From Eledone cirrhosa (Eukaryota): 64,000 nt of DNA. Every line of letters starts with the position of its first letter. Within the stretch, counting starts at the first letter, position 1. Positions 24,682-38,539 of the stretch are shown in pieces. The stretch is from assembly GCA_964016885.1 (NCBI GenBank), contig OZ024742.1, forward strand, positions 262,198,001 through 262,262,000, written 5' to 3'. A model generated the notes under the pieces. That model saw only the letters and a list, made by a program, of their open reading frames with translations, had not been told where the DNA came from and made no database searches. The position numbers were made by a program, and so were the translations under genes.

Positions 24682-24768
24682 ATCAACACTGCTGATAATC
24701 AGAGTAGCTATTGGATGCGGAAATCTTTATCTAGTGATGATGATGAATCAAACAGATTGAATCATGAT
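24682..24768 (+). CDS. Candidate alternative in-frame SGSM3 exon (29 aa)
   Basis: ttttaaccctcag|ATCAAC...CATGAT|gtaaga. 87 nt, phase 0-0, no stop. INTADNQSSYWMRKSLSSDDDESNRLNHD. Downstream (T)GCATG motifs. Confidence 0.55.
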
Positions 24769-25499
24769 GTAAGATGTCCCTATCAATGTGACTTTGCCTT
24801 CTAAGCATGTGCATGTGTGTGTGTGTGTGCATTTGTGTATACACATATATATGTGTGTGTGTAACATTTACTGCATGAAAGAGTCTTTTTATCGATTTAA
24901 AAACACACTAAACCTACAAATGTTATATTTGTGTTTTTAAATGGCTAAAATGACTCTTCCCTGCAGTAATTGTTTTTGTTTCAGCACACAGTCTCAGATC
25001 ATGTCACATAGTCTCCCTGGTTTGATCTGACAATCAGCTTTTTTCCTTTTCTTTTTTATTATTAGTTTTAATGCTTTCATATGCCAAATTCTAGCACCTT
25101 TTTCTGGGTTTTTTTGAGGGTACCTTTCTGCAAATTGTAATTCACTTGGACATTTATTTATTCAATTTTCTCTTGAATTTTTTATCTGCAGTTTTTGGTA
25201 TGTTTTTATCAATACACCACTATGCTTACACTGTCAAAGGTGGCTTGTATATTTTATGTTCACCAAACACTGACAAATATCATCCTGTCTTCTGTGAAGT
25301 GAATGCTTGTATTTCATATTGTTGTTGTTGTTGCATCAGCTATAGTGAATGTTATTATGTTGTTATTTATTTATTAATGTGTCTTTATGGTTATTTTTCA
25401 CATCATTTTACACAATGTAATAACAAAAATAAAGAAATCATTGTTGTTGTTGTTGTCACACAGTATTTAATGTTGGTGATGGTATATAGATGTCAGCTG

Positions 25500-26600
25500 T
25501 GAACTCAGGTGACACCTTTAATTTCCAAGTACTTTTCTAAGTAGTCAAGCAATTCCAAATAATATTATTTTCTGCAAGTGTTCTACCCTGATGTTAACCA
25601 TTGTTCTTTGTATGTAGTTTTCTATTTGTTGGCTAACTATACCTAATGCACCCTCAAGCAGCATTACTTGACTATATATGAAATCAATCCCACTGGATTT
25701 TGACAATCATTTTCCATAATGCTTTCTCATTTGTATTTGTACTATTTGCCTGCCCTCTAAAGACCATATTTTCCACCCAGCACAGATCAAGGATTCTGTT
25801 TCTGGTTTCATATCACTCTTGTGCCTCTATAACCACCTCTTTTCTACATCAACTCCTGTATCTCTCAGATATTCATCATCATCATCATTTAATGTCTATT
25901 TTTCCATGCTAGCATGTGTTAGTCCATGTATTTTCTTTGCCATTGATTTTTTTTTTTACAGTTATAGGATTCTTCTCTTTTTTTGTACTGGACTTTGTCT
26001 TTGCAGTTGTCAATATTAACCAAATCTGACTTTCTCACTTTGAACAGTAATCGTTCTGTGGCATTCTTTATATATCAAGCTACATTGCTTTCTTCTGCCC
26101 AACATTGCTTTCACAACCTATCAAATCTCTGGCTCCTTTTTGCCTTGGTATGTACAACATATCAACATCATTCCTAGGATGAAAAGCTTTGTACCTCATC
26201 AGCAGCTACTTTGTTTTCCAGCCTAAACATCACAGTTCATAAACTGCCCAACCAATAACCCCAGCACTATTTTTATTTCCTCTTCTATAATGTTATCCAT
26301 CTCCAAAATTCTAAGATATTTGTATCTATCATCTTCAATCTGTTTCATGACTTCCTCTCATAGCAGCACTATTCCATCAATGTCTTGCCTCTTTTAAATA
26401 CTAACTCCCCACATTTTTTCAAGCCAAATTCCTTTTCAATGTCAATACTGAACCCATTCACAGTTTATACAAGTGAACTTATTTGCAATTCATCTTTTCT
26501 ATACAGTTTAAAGTCATCTATAAAAAGTAAATGATTGACTTTCTGTTATTTTCCCTTAAAATCATATCTAGCCTTCAATCTTTTCAAGATCATACTTAGC
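25500..26600 (-). mobile_element. Decayed R4/Dong-like LINE pieces (RLE end and RT), interrupted
   Basis: Minus-strand remnants LLFIDDFKLY, FGL.KC and LLRKVLGN. 5' end at an (ATT)n tract. Confidence 0.6.
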
Positions 26601-28553
26601 GGCACCATTATTATTATTATTGGGGTCAGTATAATTGACTGTTCCTCTCCTCCCAAATTATTGGGCCATTTATTTAAATTAGAAATCATTATTATCATTG
26701 TCATGGTGATGATGATGATGATGCTCGTTTAATTATTTTAAGCAAGTTTTTGACTGTACCACAAGGGGCACATCAGTGTGTGTATGTGTGTGTGTGTGCA
26801 ATGTTGTTTTATTTTATTTTATTTGTTTATTTATTGTGGGGTGAATAATGCTGTTTATGATACATCTAATTTACTGTGTAGTACAACAACAAACGACCAC
26901 AAGCATTTAAAAAACATTTTCCCTTCTAAAGAAGAGCTCTATGACAAGCTTCTCCATTCCCCCCTACCCTGGCTTTCCTTCTCCATCATCTTTAACCATA
27001 TCTTTCTTGGTCTTTCCTCTACTTCCTTCCACTTTACTCTATTGTGGGTTTTTAAATATTTTTTTATTAGTAATTATGGATATTTCTTTATATCATTCAT
27101 GTTGTGTGTTATTGATGTTGTTATCCTATTTAACTGTTAACATCCTTAACTTTTAAGATCATACAATGATTTACCAGAGATTATCTAAAGACAGGTTTAT
27201 TAATTCAAATGTTTCTAGTATCTTTACTAAGGGACAGACATTTGTGAAATTTTGCAGTATTTGTGTAAAGACTGAAATTTTTACTCTGATGCAATCATAG
27301 TATTGCTTTGTACTTTTCAAGAATGTCTTGCTCATGTGGTTTCATGTAGTTTACTTCATATGTTTAAAGTCTCTTTGCCAGTGAACCGATCATTGTGAAG
27401 ATTTGCAGTATTAGAGTAAAAGCTTTAATGTTACACATGACCGCCATTAAAGATTCTTTAACTATTTGAATTAACAAACCTGTTTTGCACTTCTTAAGAA
27501 AGTCTAGCTAGGATGTTAAGTGTTAATGTTATATGATGACAGTGGATCACATGGTGTCCTTTATGCATTCTTTTCAGTATGATCAAAAGTTTTCATGACA
27601 CTGCAGTTTGATTGTCTTTTGTTTTTTCTTGTACAACTAAATAAGAAATCACTGTTTGGTAACTCTCAATGTCCTGTACCACATGAAATCGCATTAACAA
27701 GACATTCTTGAAAATTATGAAACAGCACTATGACTGCATCACATTAAAAATTAAAGTCTTTACTTTACTGCAAATGTTCACATAGATCTGTCCACTAGTA
27801 AAGATACTTTAAATATTTGAATTTACAAACCTGTTTTTAGATATTTTCTGCTAAATAAGTATGATGTTAAAAGTTAAGAAAATTTAAGAACTGCACAAGT
27901 CTTTGAGGAGCTGCCATAACCAATTGTTTGATATTCTCTGAAGCTGAGAAGCATTCATAATGGCTTTTTTAAACATTTAATGAGTATTTCAAATCTTTTA
28001 ACCATCATTTAGCATGTAAGCACTTGTAATGTTTGACACAAAATGTAAACTTACTGCTCAAAATTAGATTTAGAAGTGCATAAAGTGAAATTTAGACCTG
28101 CAGAAGTAGGGTTCAACTACATATTAAAATTATCACTGACAGACAACTTATATTTCTTTGTAGTTGTTTATTATCCTCAATGCACACACACACCCATACA
28201 TGCAGATAAATTTGTTGCTGTTATTGTCCATGAGGTGATAATGATGGTGACGGCAGTAGTGGCAGCAGCAATATAGCAGCATGATTGACACACTAAATTA
28301 ACTCTGAACATTCTGTATGATTTAGCAGAGAATATAAAAAACAGGTTTGTTAATTCAAATACCATGAACCATTTAATAGTAACTTCTTATTGTCAGTCAA
28401 TCATTTCTCCCTTATATATATATATATATCGATATGTCTATATATATATATATATAAAAATACATATATATATATATATATCGATATGTATATATATATA
28501 TATCGATATGTGTATATAGATATATATATCGCTATATTATTTTTTAATTTCAG

Positions 28554-28577
28554 GCTACAAAGAGTCATTTAAATCAG
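28554..28577 (+). CDS. Candidate 24-nt microexon (ATKSHLNQ)
   Basis: ttttttaatttcag|GCTACAAAGAGTCATTTAAATCAG|gtaatt. Phase 0-0, open frame. Confidence 0.45.
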
Positions 28578-28688
28578 GTAATTATTTTCTTTATTTCATC
28601 ACTTTTGATTACACCCTTTCTCTCTACAATAGTTGGTACTGTATTTCTGTAGGTGTATACACATACACACACATATGCACACACATAC

Positions 28689-29551
28689 ACGGGGTGGTAT
28701 CAGAAATTATCTAGACCAGTCCTTAAAAAAAGAACAGCAGTTCTTGAGTTAATAATGTATTTCATATATTATTTATATTCAATCACCATTCCATTTGAAA
28801 TTGCCCCCTTGGGAACGCACACAGTGATTTTCCATACCCCAGAAGCGACATAGAAATCCTCTTCCCAAAGTCTATCCAATATCACCTGTGATTTCAAATA
28901 CATTTCATCAACTGCCTTGAAGCTGTGCTCCATTATGATTCTAGAAATGAAAATTGTGTTGATTTCTTTTTTGGGCCTTCTCACAAAGCTCAAGGCACAC
29001 ATCAATACATGGCTGCTGCTTTTGAATATGTGTCAAAAACTGGGAGAATAATTTCACTGCAATGTGATATATAATCAGATTTTCCATTAGAATCTCTTCA
29101 TAGACTCCATAACTGACACCAGCAATATGTGAGTGTTGATTGTTCAGTGACAGGGGCTGATTATTTAGTGACAGTTCTCATAGATGAGTTCACATTTTCT
29201 GCTATATTCACATATTCTGAATATTCATCACATTGAACCAACACTTGGCCATCTTTGAAACATGTGCCACTGAAAAATCTGTTTCACCAAAAAATGTTTG
29301 CTAAAATCCTAATGAAACATCACGGGACTCTGTAGCAGATTTTCTTAGCCTCATGCAGAATTTGATGCAGGCGCATTGCTCAAATTTGTCAGCTGTTGTA
29401 AAAAGCAATCTCATGTAATAATTGAACATGTAGAAAGTTTGTAGCCTGACACAGTAGAGATGTTGCCATTGATCATCAACTACAGATACGTTTCTGTTGA
29501 GCAGTACAATCACTACACATATAGTCCAGAAATTTTCTGATAACACCTCAT
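28689..29551 (-). mobile_element. Internally deleted mariner element
   Basis: TIRs GTGGTATCAGAAATTATCTAGAC / GTCCAGAAATTTTCTGATAACAC. Transposase N-terminal remnant FEQCACIKFCMRLRKSATE. Confidence 0.8.
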
Positions 29552-32259
29552 ATATTCTACTAGTCATTAATACCTGTTGTAATATTACACTACCTATAGA
29601 TTCATGCTCTCATTCATTATATGTTGGGAATCCTCTTTTTACTCTCTTAGACAACATATATATTATAAATAATTGTGAGAGATCAGTAGGGTGGAGTGGC
29701 AACCTTTCATCAGCTACTACATACACTCAAGCATGCATACACACGTTCACCATTGTATACACCATTGTATACACACATGCAATGCCACTGTAAATACAAT
29801 TATAGACAATCACATACACATTATACTTCTGTTTACTGATAAGTTGAATCATGGGATAGCTCATACATAATATTTAAAATACTTTCTCTAGTAGTGCAAA
29901 TAATCCAATCTTCATATACTCGCTTGAATTGATTAATATGACCTTTCATCTGACAATAAATGTTGCATAAATGTGTTATTTCACTTCAATTTTTATTTAT
30001 GTAATTACTATTGATGATATTTTTATCTTATATTTTATTTGTATTATTGGAAATCCTTTTATTATTTTCACCACAAGTGTTGAAAATATAAAATCTGTTT
30101 CCCTTTTCTGAAAAGTCTTCCATACATTTCTTAATTTGAATCATTGGAAAATCTTCACTGACTGTAGCCAGAGCTACATAAATACTTGTTCACTTCTAAA
30201 AAAAATCCATGTGATACTTTGGCCAGCCTTGAAAAAATATATATATATCTTCACTGAATGTGAGCAGAGCTCTAAATACAGTCTTGTTTTTTTTTCTATC
30301 TTTGACAATTCAACCATATCTTTGATAACAGCAGCATATATATCTATAAATGAAAAATCCTCTATGACTATGCTCAGAGATGTAAAATTAAACTGTATCT
30401 GCTCCATTGCTTTATATGAGAATGTTTGTTCAGAGAGAAATGTTTTTCTCTTCAGATACAGTTTTACTTGTGATGAAAGTTTGTCATATACTTTTACAAC
30501 AAATTCATGAAGGTGCATGGCTCAGGGGTTAAGGTATTCAACTCATGACTCTACTGTCATAAGTTTAATTTCCATTCTTTTGTTGTTTGAGAATGTCATT
30601 GAGGATCACTATCTTGTGAGCTGTGAGGTCTACTGTGACAGTGTGCAGTTTGGCAATTTTTATTAAGAAAAAAAAAATCAAATATCTAAATAACCGATAA
30701 GTTGACATAAGAAGCATCTAACTTTGTGATGTAAGTGTCTCATGACTATAATGATAGCCAATCACTGTGAATAAGAGTTAAGAAAATCAAGTAAAGTATC
30801 ACTTGAAACAGAAAAAATGTCCAAAAGCATCTGCAAGGAATCAAGCCCAGCATTCCTCAGAATCTGGGTGAGTACATTTACCATTACACTAAGGGGTCTC
30901 TGGCCACCAACCAATTACTATCTTGAGAAGATTTTAAGCCTATAGCTAGAAGTGTAAGCAACTGGTTGACTTAAGAAACATTGGGAAAATTTGAAATTTA
31001 GATGTTCCAATGCAAATAGCTAGCTATAAATAATTGAGAAAATTAGTGAAAGTACCTCTGGAGATGGAAAAATATGGACTGAAGTGCCTGTGAGAAATTG
31101 AACCCCCTCATCCTTTGGATGTGGGGTGAATTTGTTAACCATTATGCTAACATCTTTTAGAAGATTTTTAAGTGTAAACAACTGGTTGACTTAACAAGCA
31201 TTGGAAAAATTTTAAATATAGATGCCTCGATGCTATTGACTAATATTAGTCAATCTCCATAAGCAATAGTTGAGAAAATCAGGTAAAGTACCCCTGGAGA
31301 TAGAAAAAAGTGGACACAGTGCCTGTGGGGTTTCATTTCTCAGTCAAAGGTGCCTCTGTTTATTATCTTCCATCTCCGGTTTTCTCGGCTATTACTGTAG
31401 TTGACCATTGTAATACTTGATCATATATTATTATAGCTTGAAACTTCAGCTAGTATTTTATTTTTGACAATAATAATTTGGTTTAAATTTAATTGGTGGC
31501 TGGCAGTTCTTTAGCATGGTGATTGATGCATTCACTTTGCATCATAGAGATGCAGAGTTCAATTCCTTGCAGGTGCCTCTCTTCACATTTTTCCATCTCC
31601 AGGATACTTTATCCAATTTTCTCAACTATTACTTACTGTGATTGACCATTATTATACTAATTTGCTTTGTCTACATTTCAAATCTAAATAAATGTTTCTC
31701 TATTTTATTAACTAGTTACACAATCTCTCTAAATCTTTTCAACAATTTTAACTTTATTTTCATTCTTCCTCCTTCAAGTCTTTTTCCCCCAGTGTTATTG
31801 TTTATTTTCTCACTTCTCAATTTTTTTTTTTGTTTTTCCATATTCTTCCACTTTTTAAAATAATTTTTTCCCCATACTTTTCCATTGTTATCTTAACTGT
31901 TGTATAGGAGGATTTCCAACACCCAAGATTCCAGGAGTTCCAGTTGGCAAATGCAGTTGGCATAAATACTCATTATAGAGTATGTTCCATCTTATAACTT
32001 TAACTATTGTCATGTTTTCCACTATCAGAGAAAAGCAGAATGGAATGCCTCTTGCTTATCTTTAACTTCTGAATTAATGTTTTTTTAAAATAATATCTTT
32101 ACTCTCAAACCAAAGCTTTATAAGTAATATATTCTCTAACCTTTTAAAAAATCTTACCTGCTCTATTTCTACTATCATTTCCTTCTCTCCCAAATGGCTT
32201 ACCTTGTGCCTAAATTAGAAACTACTACTATTACTACTACTGCTGCTGCTACTACTACT

Positions 32260-34140
32260 TCAAACTCAAATCTTATGTCATCAAATTTATATACAGGACT
32301 GAGTCATAACAAATACAATTCACCCTCCTTAATATATTTGTAGTACCCTTCTCAAAATTCTGGTTGTTCCCAAGAACAATAATTTTTTAGATCCAATTTT
32401 GAATTTTCTTCGTTACTGCACCAAGAGCCCCAACAATAACTGAAATAACTTACACTGTTCATTTTCTAAATCCACATTATTTTGAATTTAAGTGGCTTAT
32501 ATTTATCTTCCTTCTCCACAACTCATCTACTGGTATTGCTATGTCAGTTAAGAGGTAGTATTTTCTTTCTTTATCTACCAGTATCGGATCTGGTCTTCTT
32601 GCTGTGATCCGCTCATCACTTTGGACACTGAAGTCCAAAAGAAGCTTCACTTTTGTATTTTACAGCATGACCTTTATACCATTTCTCAAACCTTTCCAGC
32701 CTAAACTTTCCATACAATTTTCAAAGTAAAATGCATGCAACATTGTTGTGCTCCCTCTTGTGCTAAAATGGTGCAAACACTAACTATGTGGATCACAGTT
32801 TCCCCTGTTACACTACACAGTCTATACAATGGAGACTCTCTTGTGTGTTCAATATTGTTATTCACACAATTAGTGCACAATGCCTATTCTTAGGCTGCAC
32901 AGATCAAGACCTCTGTTCCAATTATCAAATCTGATTTTTTCATCCTGGTCCATATATCTTCTTTGTCAATCCTATCTCTGTGCTGTTCTTTTTCCATGTC
33001 CGACACAAATGGGCCATGCATACTTTTTCTCTTCATACTCTCATTTTATCTTCTTCGATTTTCTGTTTGAATTCTTTCTAACTCTTGAGTACTTCTGATT
33101 CTATTATCTCAACTTGTCTCACCTCCATTCAAACATTGTTATTCTCTGTTTCTTCTCATATACCATCCTAGTCTATTTTCCCCACATCAAATGAGCTATT
33201 CCTTTATTTCTTAGTATATACAGTCTACATCAGATGAAAAGCTCCAGGCATTGTCATTTTCTTCCTAGTTTTTTTTTGTCCAATTATTTTAGTCCACTTC
33301 AATATGCCCACTCCATATTGCAAAACTGCAACAGCTCATGTGCTTATTGCAGTGATCTTGTTTCTGTCTTTCAATTTTGAGTCCAACCCCAACCTCCTTC
33401 AAATTCTTCCTTCATTTTGACCTCCTTTATTTTGCTCAAATCTAAAATCCCAAGAGATTTGTATCTATTCTCCTCGATGCCCTTTATCACTTGTCCATTA
33501 GGAAGCTCTGTCACATCAGTTGCAATCATCTTCCTTCTTTGCATCATCAATATACCACATTTACTGATGCCAAACTCCATACTCATATCTCTATTGTAGA
33601 GATGCAGTGAATTCACCAATGGATCAATTTGATTCTGGTTCTTGCCAAATAGCTTGAAATTATCCATGAAAAGCGAATGGTTGATTTTCAGATGTCTTTC
33701 ACACTATTCATATCCCATACCTGTTCTTTTCAGAAATATTGAGAGCAATATGCATAAGACAAAAAGAAGAGGTGAAAAATTCCTCTTTTTATATTAATTT
33801 CTCTCTCAGCACTATCCCTGTGGAGCCCAATTGAGTTCTCCATGTTTACTCACTTCTCTTTATTAATTTCATTACATTCTCAGCAATTACAAATATCCTT
33901 ATCCACTCCAATATCCAACTGTGGAGGACAAGGTCATATGTCTTCCTAAAATATACCTCCACCATGCCCAAGTTCTTATGTTTCCTCTTACAGTCTTGCA
34001 GTATTGCCTTATCTATTTTCATACTCCTGCATCTGCATCTGCATCCCTTTTGCTCTTATGGCAATGTGCATTCAGTGTCCTTAAATGTGTACATACTCTC
34101 AGCTGTAATCCCTGTTAATAATTTCTACGTAAGTGGTAGA
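32260..34140 (-). mobile_element. Decayed R4/Dong-like non-LTR element (RT + CCHC + RLE)
   Basis: FMDNFKLFGKN...MEFGISKCG RT remnant, and an RRPD.ILVD RLE remnant near 32590. Confidence 0.75.
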
Positions 34141-34449
34141 TATAAGATTGGCTGAAAGTTGTCCTCAGCATTATTATATTATCGTTATTATTACTATTAT
34201 TGTTATTATTATTATTATATTGGCAGTATCGGTAGAGGGTTGGATGCCATGCTTTCTAGCAAAGCTACGTCCCTTTACAGTCTGAGTTCAAATCCCGTCG
34301 AGGTTAACTTTGCCTTTCATCCTTACGGGGTCGATAAAATAAAGTACCAGTAATGTACTGGGTAATTGCTCGCCTTGTGCCAAAAGTAGAAACAATTATT
34401 ATTATTATTATTATCATTATTATTATTATTATTGTTGTTATTATTATTT

Positions 34450-35040
34450 TTATTTTCTTTCATTATTGTTTCTGAGGTGTCTTCCTGACACCTAGGCCAA
34501 ATAAATTCACAGTGTGCATTGGTAAGCCAGTTAATACAGCACATTGATTATAATTTTAAAAAAACAAAAACAGTATACATATATACACATGTGCATATGC
34601 ATATGTAAATACAAGGAGGGATATCAATCTTACAGAGATAGTGCTGTTCTCAACACGTGTGCAGTACCAGTCAAAACAATTTTTTGCACCTCGTGCAGAG
34701 AGGTTAAACCAGGAATCATTCGCAAATATTGTTCTGTTGCTTTCTTGATCATTCCCAGTCCTCCCACAATCACTGGTATTGTAACGGCCTTGAGGTGCCA
34801 CATTTTCTCAATTTCAATAAGCAGATCTTTATATTTTCGTAGCTTGTCAAATTCTTTTGCCGCGATATTGTGATGACATGGGATGCTCATATCTATCAAT
34901 AAACAGACCTTGTTATGTTGATCTTTTACAATGATGTCAGGTCTATTTGCTTTTATGGTCCTGTCAGTATGTACAGGAAAGTCCCAGAGAATTGTTACTT
35001 TTTCTCCTTCAGTTACAGCCTCAGGGTGATGATTCTACAT
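34450..35040 (-). mobile_element. R4/Dong-like LINE 3' fragment (RLE domain)
   Basis: NRPDIIVKD...IDMSIP...KEFDKLRKYKDL...IPVIVGGLG. 3' end abuts (TAA)n. Confidence 0.82.
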
Positions 35041-35049
35041 TATTGTTAT

Positions 35050-35818
35050 TACTCTTTGAGTCTCAGTCATTGATGTTAGTTAACTGGAAAGTTTGTTGAA
35101 ATGAATATCAAGCCACTACCTGCAGCCTCAGATATTCAGGACGTATCGGAGGGTTCTTGCTGTTCCCAGCAAGCATGCCTTTTGAAGCGTTCCAAAAAGC
35201 GTGAAGGGGCCAATTTTCTTTAACCATCCCTGGAAACTTTTTGAGATAGTCCCTAGTGCACCTATTACAATCAGGATCACTTTGACTTCATGGCAGTTCC
35301 AAATCCTTTTTAGCTCCCACTTTAAGTCCTGGTATCGGTTAATTTTCTCCCTCTCCTTCTCTTGCACTCTCGTGTCGAATGAGCAGGCCACATCCACAAT
35401 CAGGCACGATCTTTTTTCTTTGTCCACAACCACCAGGTCAGGTCTATTGTGTTCAAGTTTCTTGTCCATCTGTATCCTAAAATCCCATAGCACCTTCACC
35501 TGATCGTTTTCTATCACCGCCTCTGGCTTATGCTCATACCACTTCTCAGAATGAGGTAAATTGTTTACTTTGCATAGATGCCAGTGGATCACCCTGCCCA
35601 TCACATCATGTCTCCAGCCCTTATAGTGAGTCTGGGCTAGGTGTTTACACTCGGATACAATGTGAGCCACAGTCTCCTCTCTCTCTCTCCACAGATCCTG
35701 CACAGTGGGCTAGCCTCCTCCTTGTAAATATGGTGTTTCAACCACTTCGTTTTGAGGGCCTGCTCCTGCGCAGCCATTAACATTCCTTCTGTAGCCTTTT
35801 TAAGGTCTCCTCTTTTCA
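35050..35818 (-). mobile_element. R4/Dong-like LINE 3' fragment (CCHC + RLE)
   Basis: CRICGE..ETVAHIVSEC, RHD, NRPDLVVVD..IVDVAC..EKINRYQDL. Bracketed by (TAA)n. Confidence 0.88.
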
Positions 35819-37530
35819 AATTATTATTATTATTATTATTATTTGTCTATATAAGATCTTACCATTGTTTCTCAACTCATCCAAAAATCAAGGAGTTTGG
35901 GAATCTAGGATTGTTGTCTATCATCTGGAGTAATGCATTCACTATTCTGTCTGCTAGGACCTTTACAGAAGGCATGAGAGCTTACTAAAGCTGTTATTTT
36001 TGTTTGGATGGAAAATATTCCGAAACATAAACATGATTTTGAAAGATTAAAAATATTGTTAGCACAATTCACAATGAAAGTAATGGTGGAAATGAAAAAC
36101 ATTGAAAGTACCTTATGCAGTCATAGGACTTTCCCTCATCTTCTGCCTCAGATCGTGAGTCTTCCTGGGTGCTAACACATTGCTGGTGATCTGAGAGAGG
36201 TGTATAAAAATTGGCTGCCTCAATAAAGAATTGGTGTTGCCGATTTTCTTCATTTTCATTTGAAGACCTAAATAAATATCTGGTCAGATTCTGGATTTTT
36301 CGCCAACTCTTTTAAATCTCTTCAAAATTTTTCAATGTTTTGAGTATCTGTTTTTATACTTTTTATCTACAAAATTTTCAGAATGGTTATAGCAAAATGC
36401 TTATAACCCAAATTGCATAAATTCTTGAGGTAACCCAAGAATCACTATAAATAATTGAGTCAGGTTTAATATATTTTTGGATGAGAGGAACAAGTGTGGC
36501 TTTGTCACATTTAATACCATATAAATTCACCACAAATCAACATTTACTAATTCGTTCCATCTTACAAAATCTGGCTCAAAACCCGACCTCTTCCATATTT
36601 GCAACAAACTATTAGGGTTTCATCAAATTCTACCTTTATAGCTTCTCCACTAATTTCTGTTTCAAAGGCCAAAAAATGATTGCCAGTCTACTGATGGACT
36701 CAGAGACATTTTCAAGCATTTCAACATAGATTTATAGTTCCATAAATGGTTTCAGAATGGTTGGTGAAAAGAATGATTTTTAATGGAGAAATGTGCGCCT
36801 TGTCTATGAAGGAACCTTTAAAACCAGAATCAGAATAGTTGTAATACTGTCCTTTTTTTTTTTGTTGTTTTAGGAACATCGTAGCTTCTTCTGGACTGCC
36901 ATAAATTTTGATGTTTTTGGTAATGTGGACAGTTTACAGTTTTCAGCAGGACACTGTTTGAATGCAAAAAGTCAATACTATTTTTCATTATTGATAGTAA
37001 TCAAAGGCAAAACTTACTAAAAATCGAGTTGTTTCTGACTGATTCGTTGAAAACATGTTAATACTAGGGGAAAAAAACAATTTCTGACTGATTGGCTAAG
37101 GAGTGTTTTTAAGTAAATTTACCCGACTTGGCCTTTCATCCTTTCAAGGGTTAGTAAATAAAGCACCTGTCCAAGGTTGAACAAGGTGCTTTGTGATATC
37201 TGATCCAGCTCTGTGTGTCTGAGTTTAAATCCCACCTGCTTCTGCCAGAAGTTGTATCCAACAGAAAAAGCAATAGAAAGACCAATGGAAACAGTTCTTT
37301 GGTCACAACTGATAATCAACTCTTTTACTTTACTTTTTATATATATAAAGATAACTTATCTATTTTGCAAATGAATGAGCTACCTGACCTATTTTATCTG
37401 GGAAATGTTTTAGTACTTCTTTACTAAACACAACAAAATTTTTCTTTTGGTGGCCTTAAACTTTTTTTATCAACCACATTTCACCCTCAACATCATAAAT
37501 TTGAAAGGACTTGAAATTCCAGCATTTTAG

Positions 37531-37614
37531 ACCTGAATTTCTTGATAACAACCTAAATTTCTTGATAACAACCTAAATTTCTTGATAACAACCTAAATTT
37601 TCTTGATAACAACC
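37531..37614. repeat. 20-bp tandem repeat x4
   Basis: aatttcttgataacaaccta repeated. Confidence 0.9.
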
Positions 37615-38539
37615 TTCCAATCTTTCACCTTCTCTGCTCCTTCATCCCATATTCTTTAATCCTTTTACTTATTTCAATCATTAAACTCTGATATGTTGGG
37701 GCACTACCTTGATTTATCAACTGTATTATTTTATCTATCACTTTTTTATCAAAATGCAAAGTTAGAGAACACAGACACAAATGTAAGCATAGACATGGAT
37801 ACATGCAAGTATATATATGATGAGCTTCTGCAGTTTACTTCTACCAAATTCTACTAGGACTGAACTCAGATCTATGTGCTTGGAAATTGAACTCCTTAAC
37901 CACATAGCCGTCCCTGGGGATGGTAGATTAAGCAGAAGACCATTAAAGCTGTTGATATTCTTTCTTCTCTCTTTTCATTGTAATCTATTCTGGTTGATGA
38001 TTCTATCCATAATTTCCTCCACTAATTGTGTCTCATTTAGGGAAATTTTTGCTTTAAGACCTGTCCACCAGTACAAGCACTGCAGCACTTAAAGTAAACA
38101 TGGTGAGAGACCAGGTAACACAATGTTGGTGAATGAACAGAGACAATATAAGGTGTGAGAAGACTCTTCAGTCTGAATGAGCATGTGACAACCTCTCTAA
38201 TGTTGGTGCCATGCTAACATGAACCTAGTACACTCTGGTGCCACAATAAAAAATACATTCTATAAGGTGGTTGATGTTAGGAAATCATGCCAAATATGGA
38301 AGATATGAGCAAGATGGGTCACTCTAACATGTCTTTCTTGGACTGTGACAACCTGTCCAGCCCATTCCAAGTGTAGATAGAAGATATGACATGCTCACGA
38401 TGTTGGTGACCATTATTCCCCCTGTCTCGTTACAAGAAAATAAAATTATCGATGTGCAGTTATGCAACTCCATACAATCAGCCTCGAAAAAGCACATCTA
38501 TATTGCTTTCTATCTTCAGATAGTCAATCAGGTAATATA

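Noticed and set aside
23823-29713. Other CTGANGA heptamers (e.g. near 23823, 26196 and 29706)
   Set aside because: They lack a properly placed GAAA and flanking stems, so they are probably chance matches.
36100-37020. Coding-like decayed stretch, possibly a transposase remnant
   Set aside because: No recognisable motif or termini could be supported by eye.
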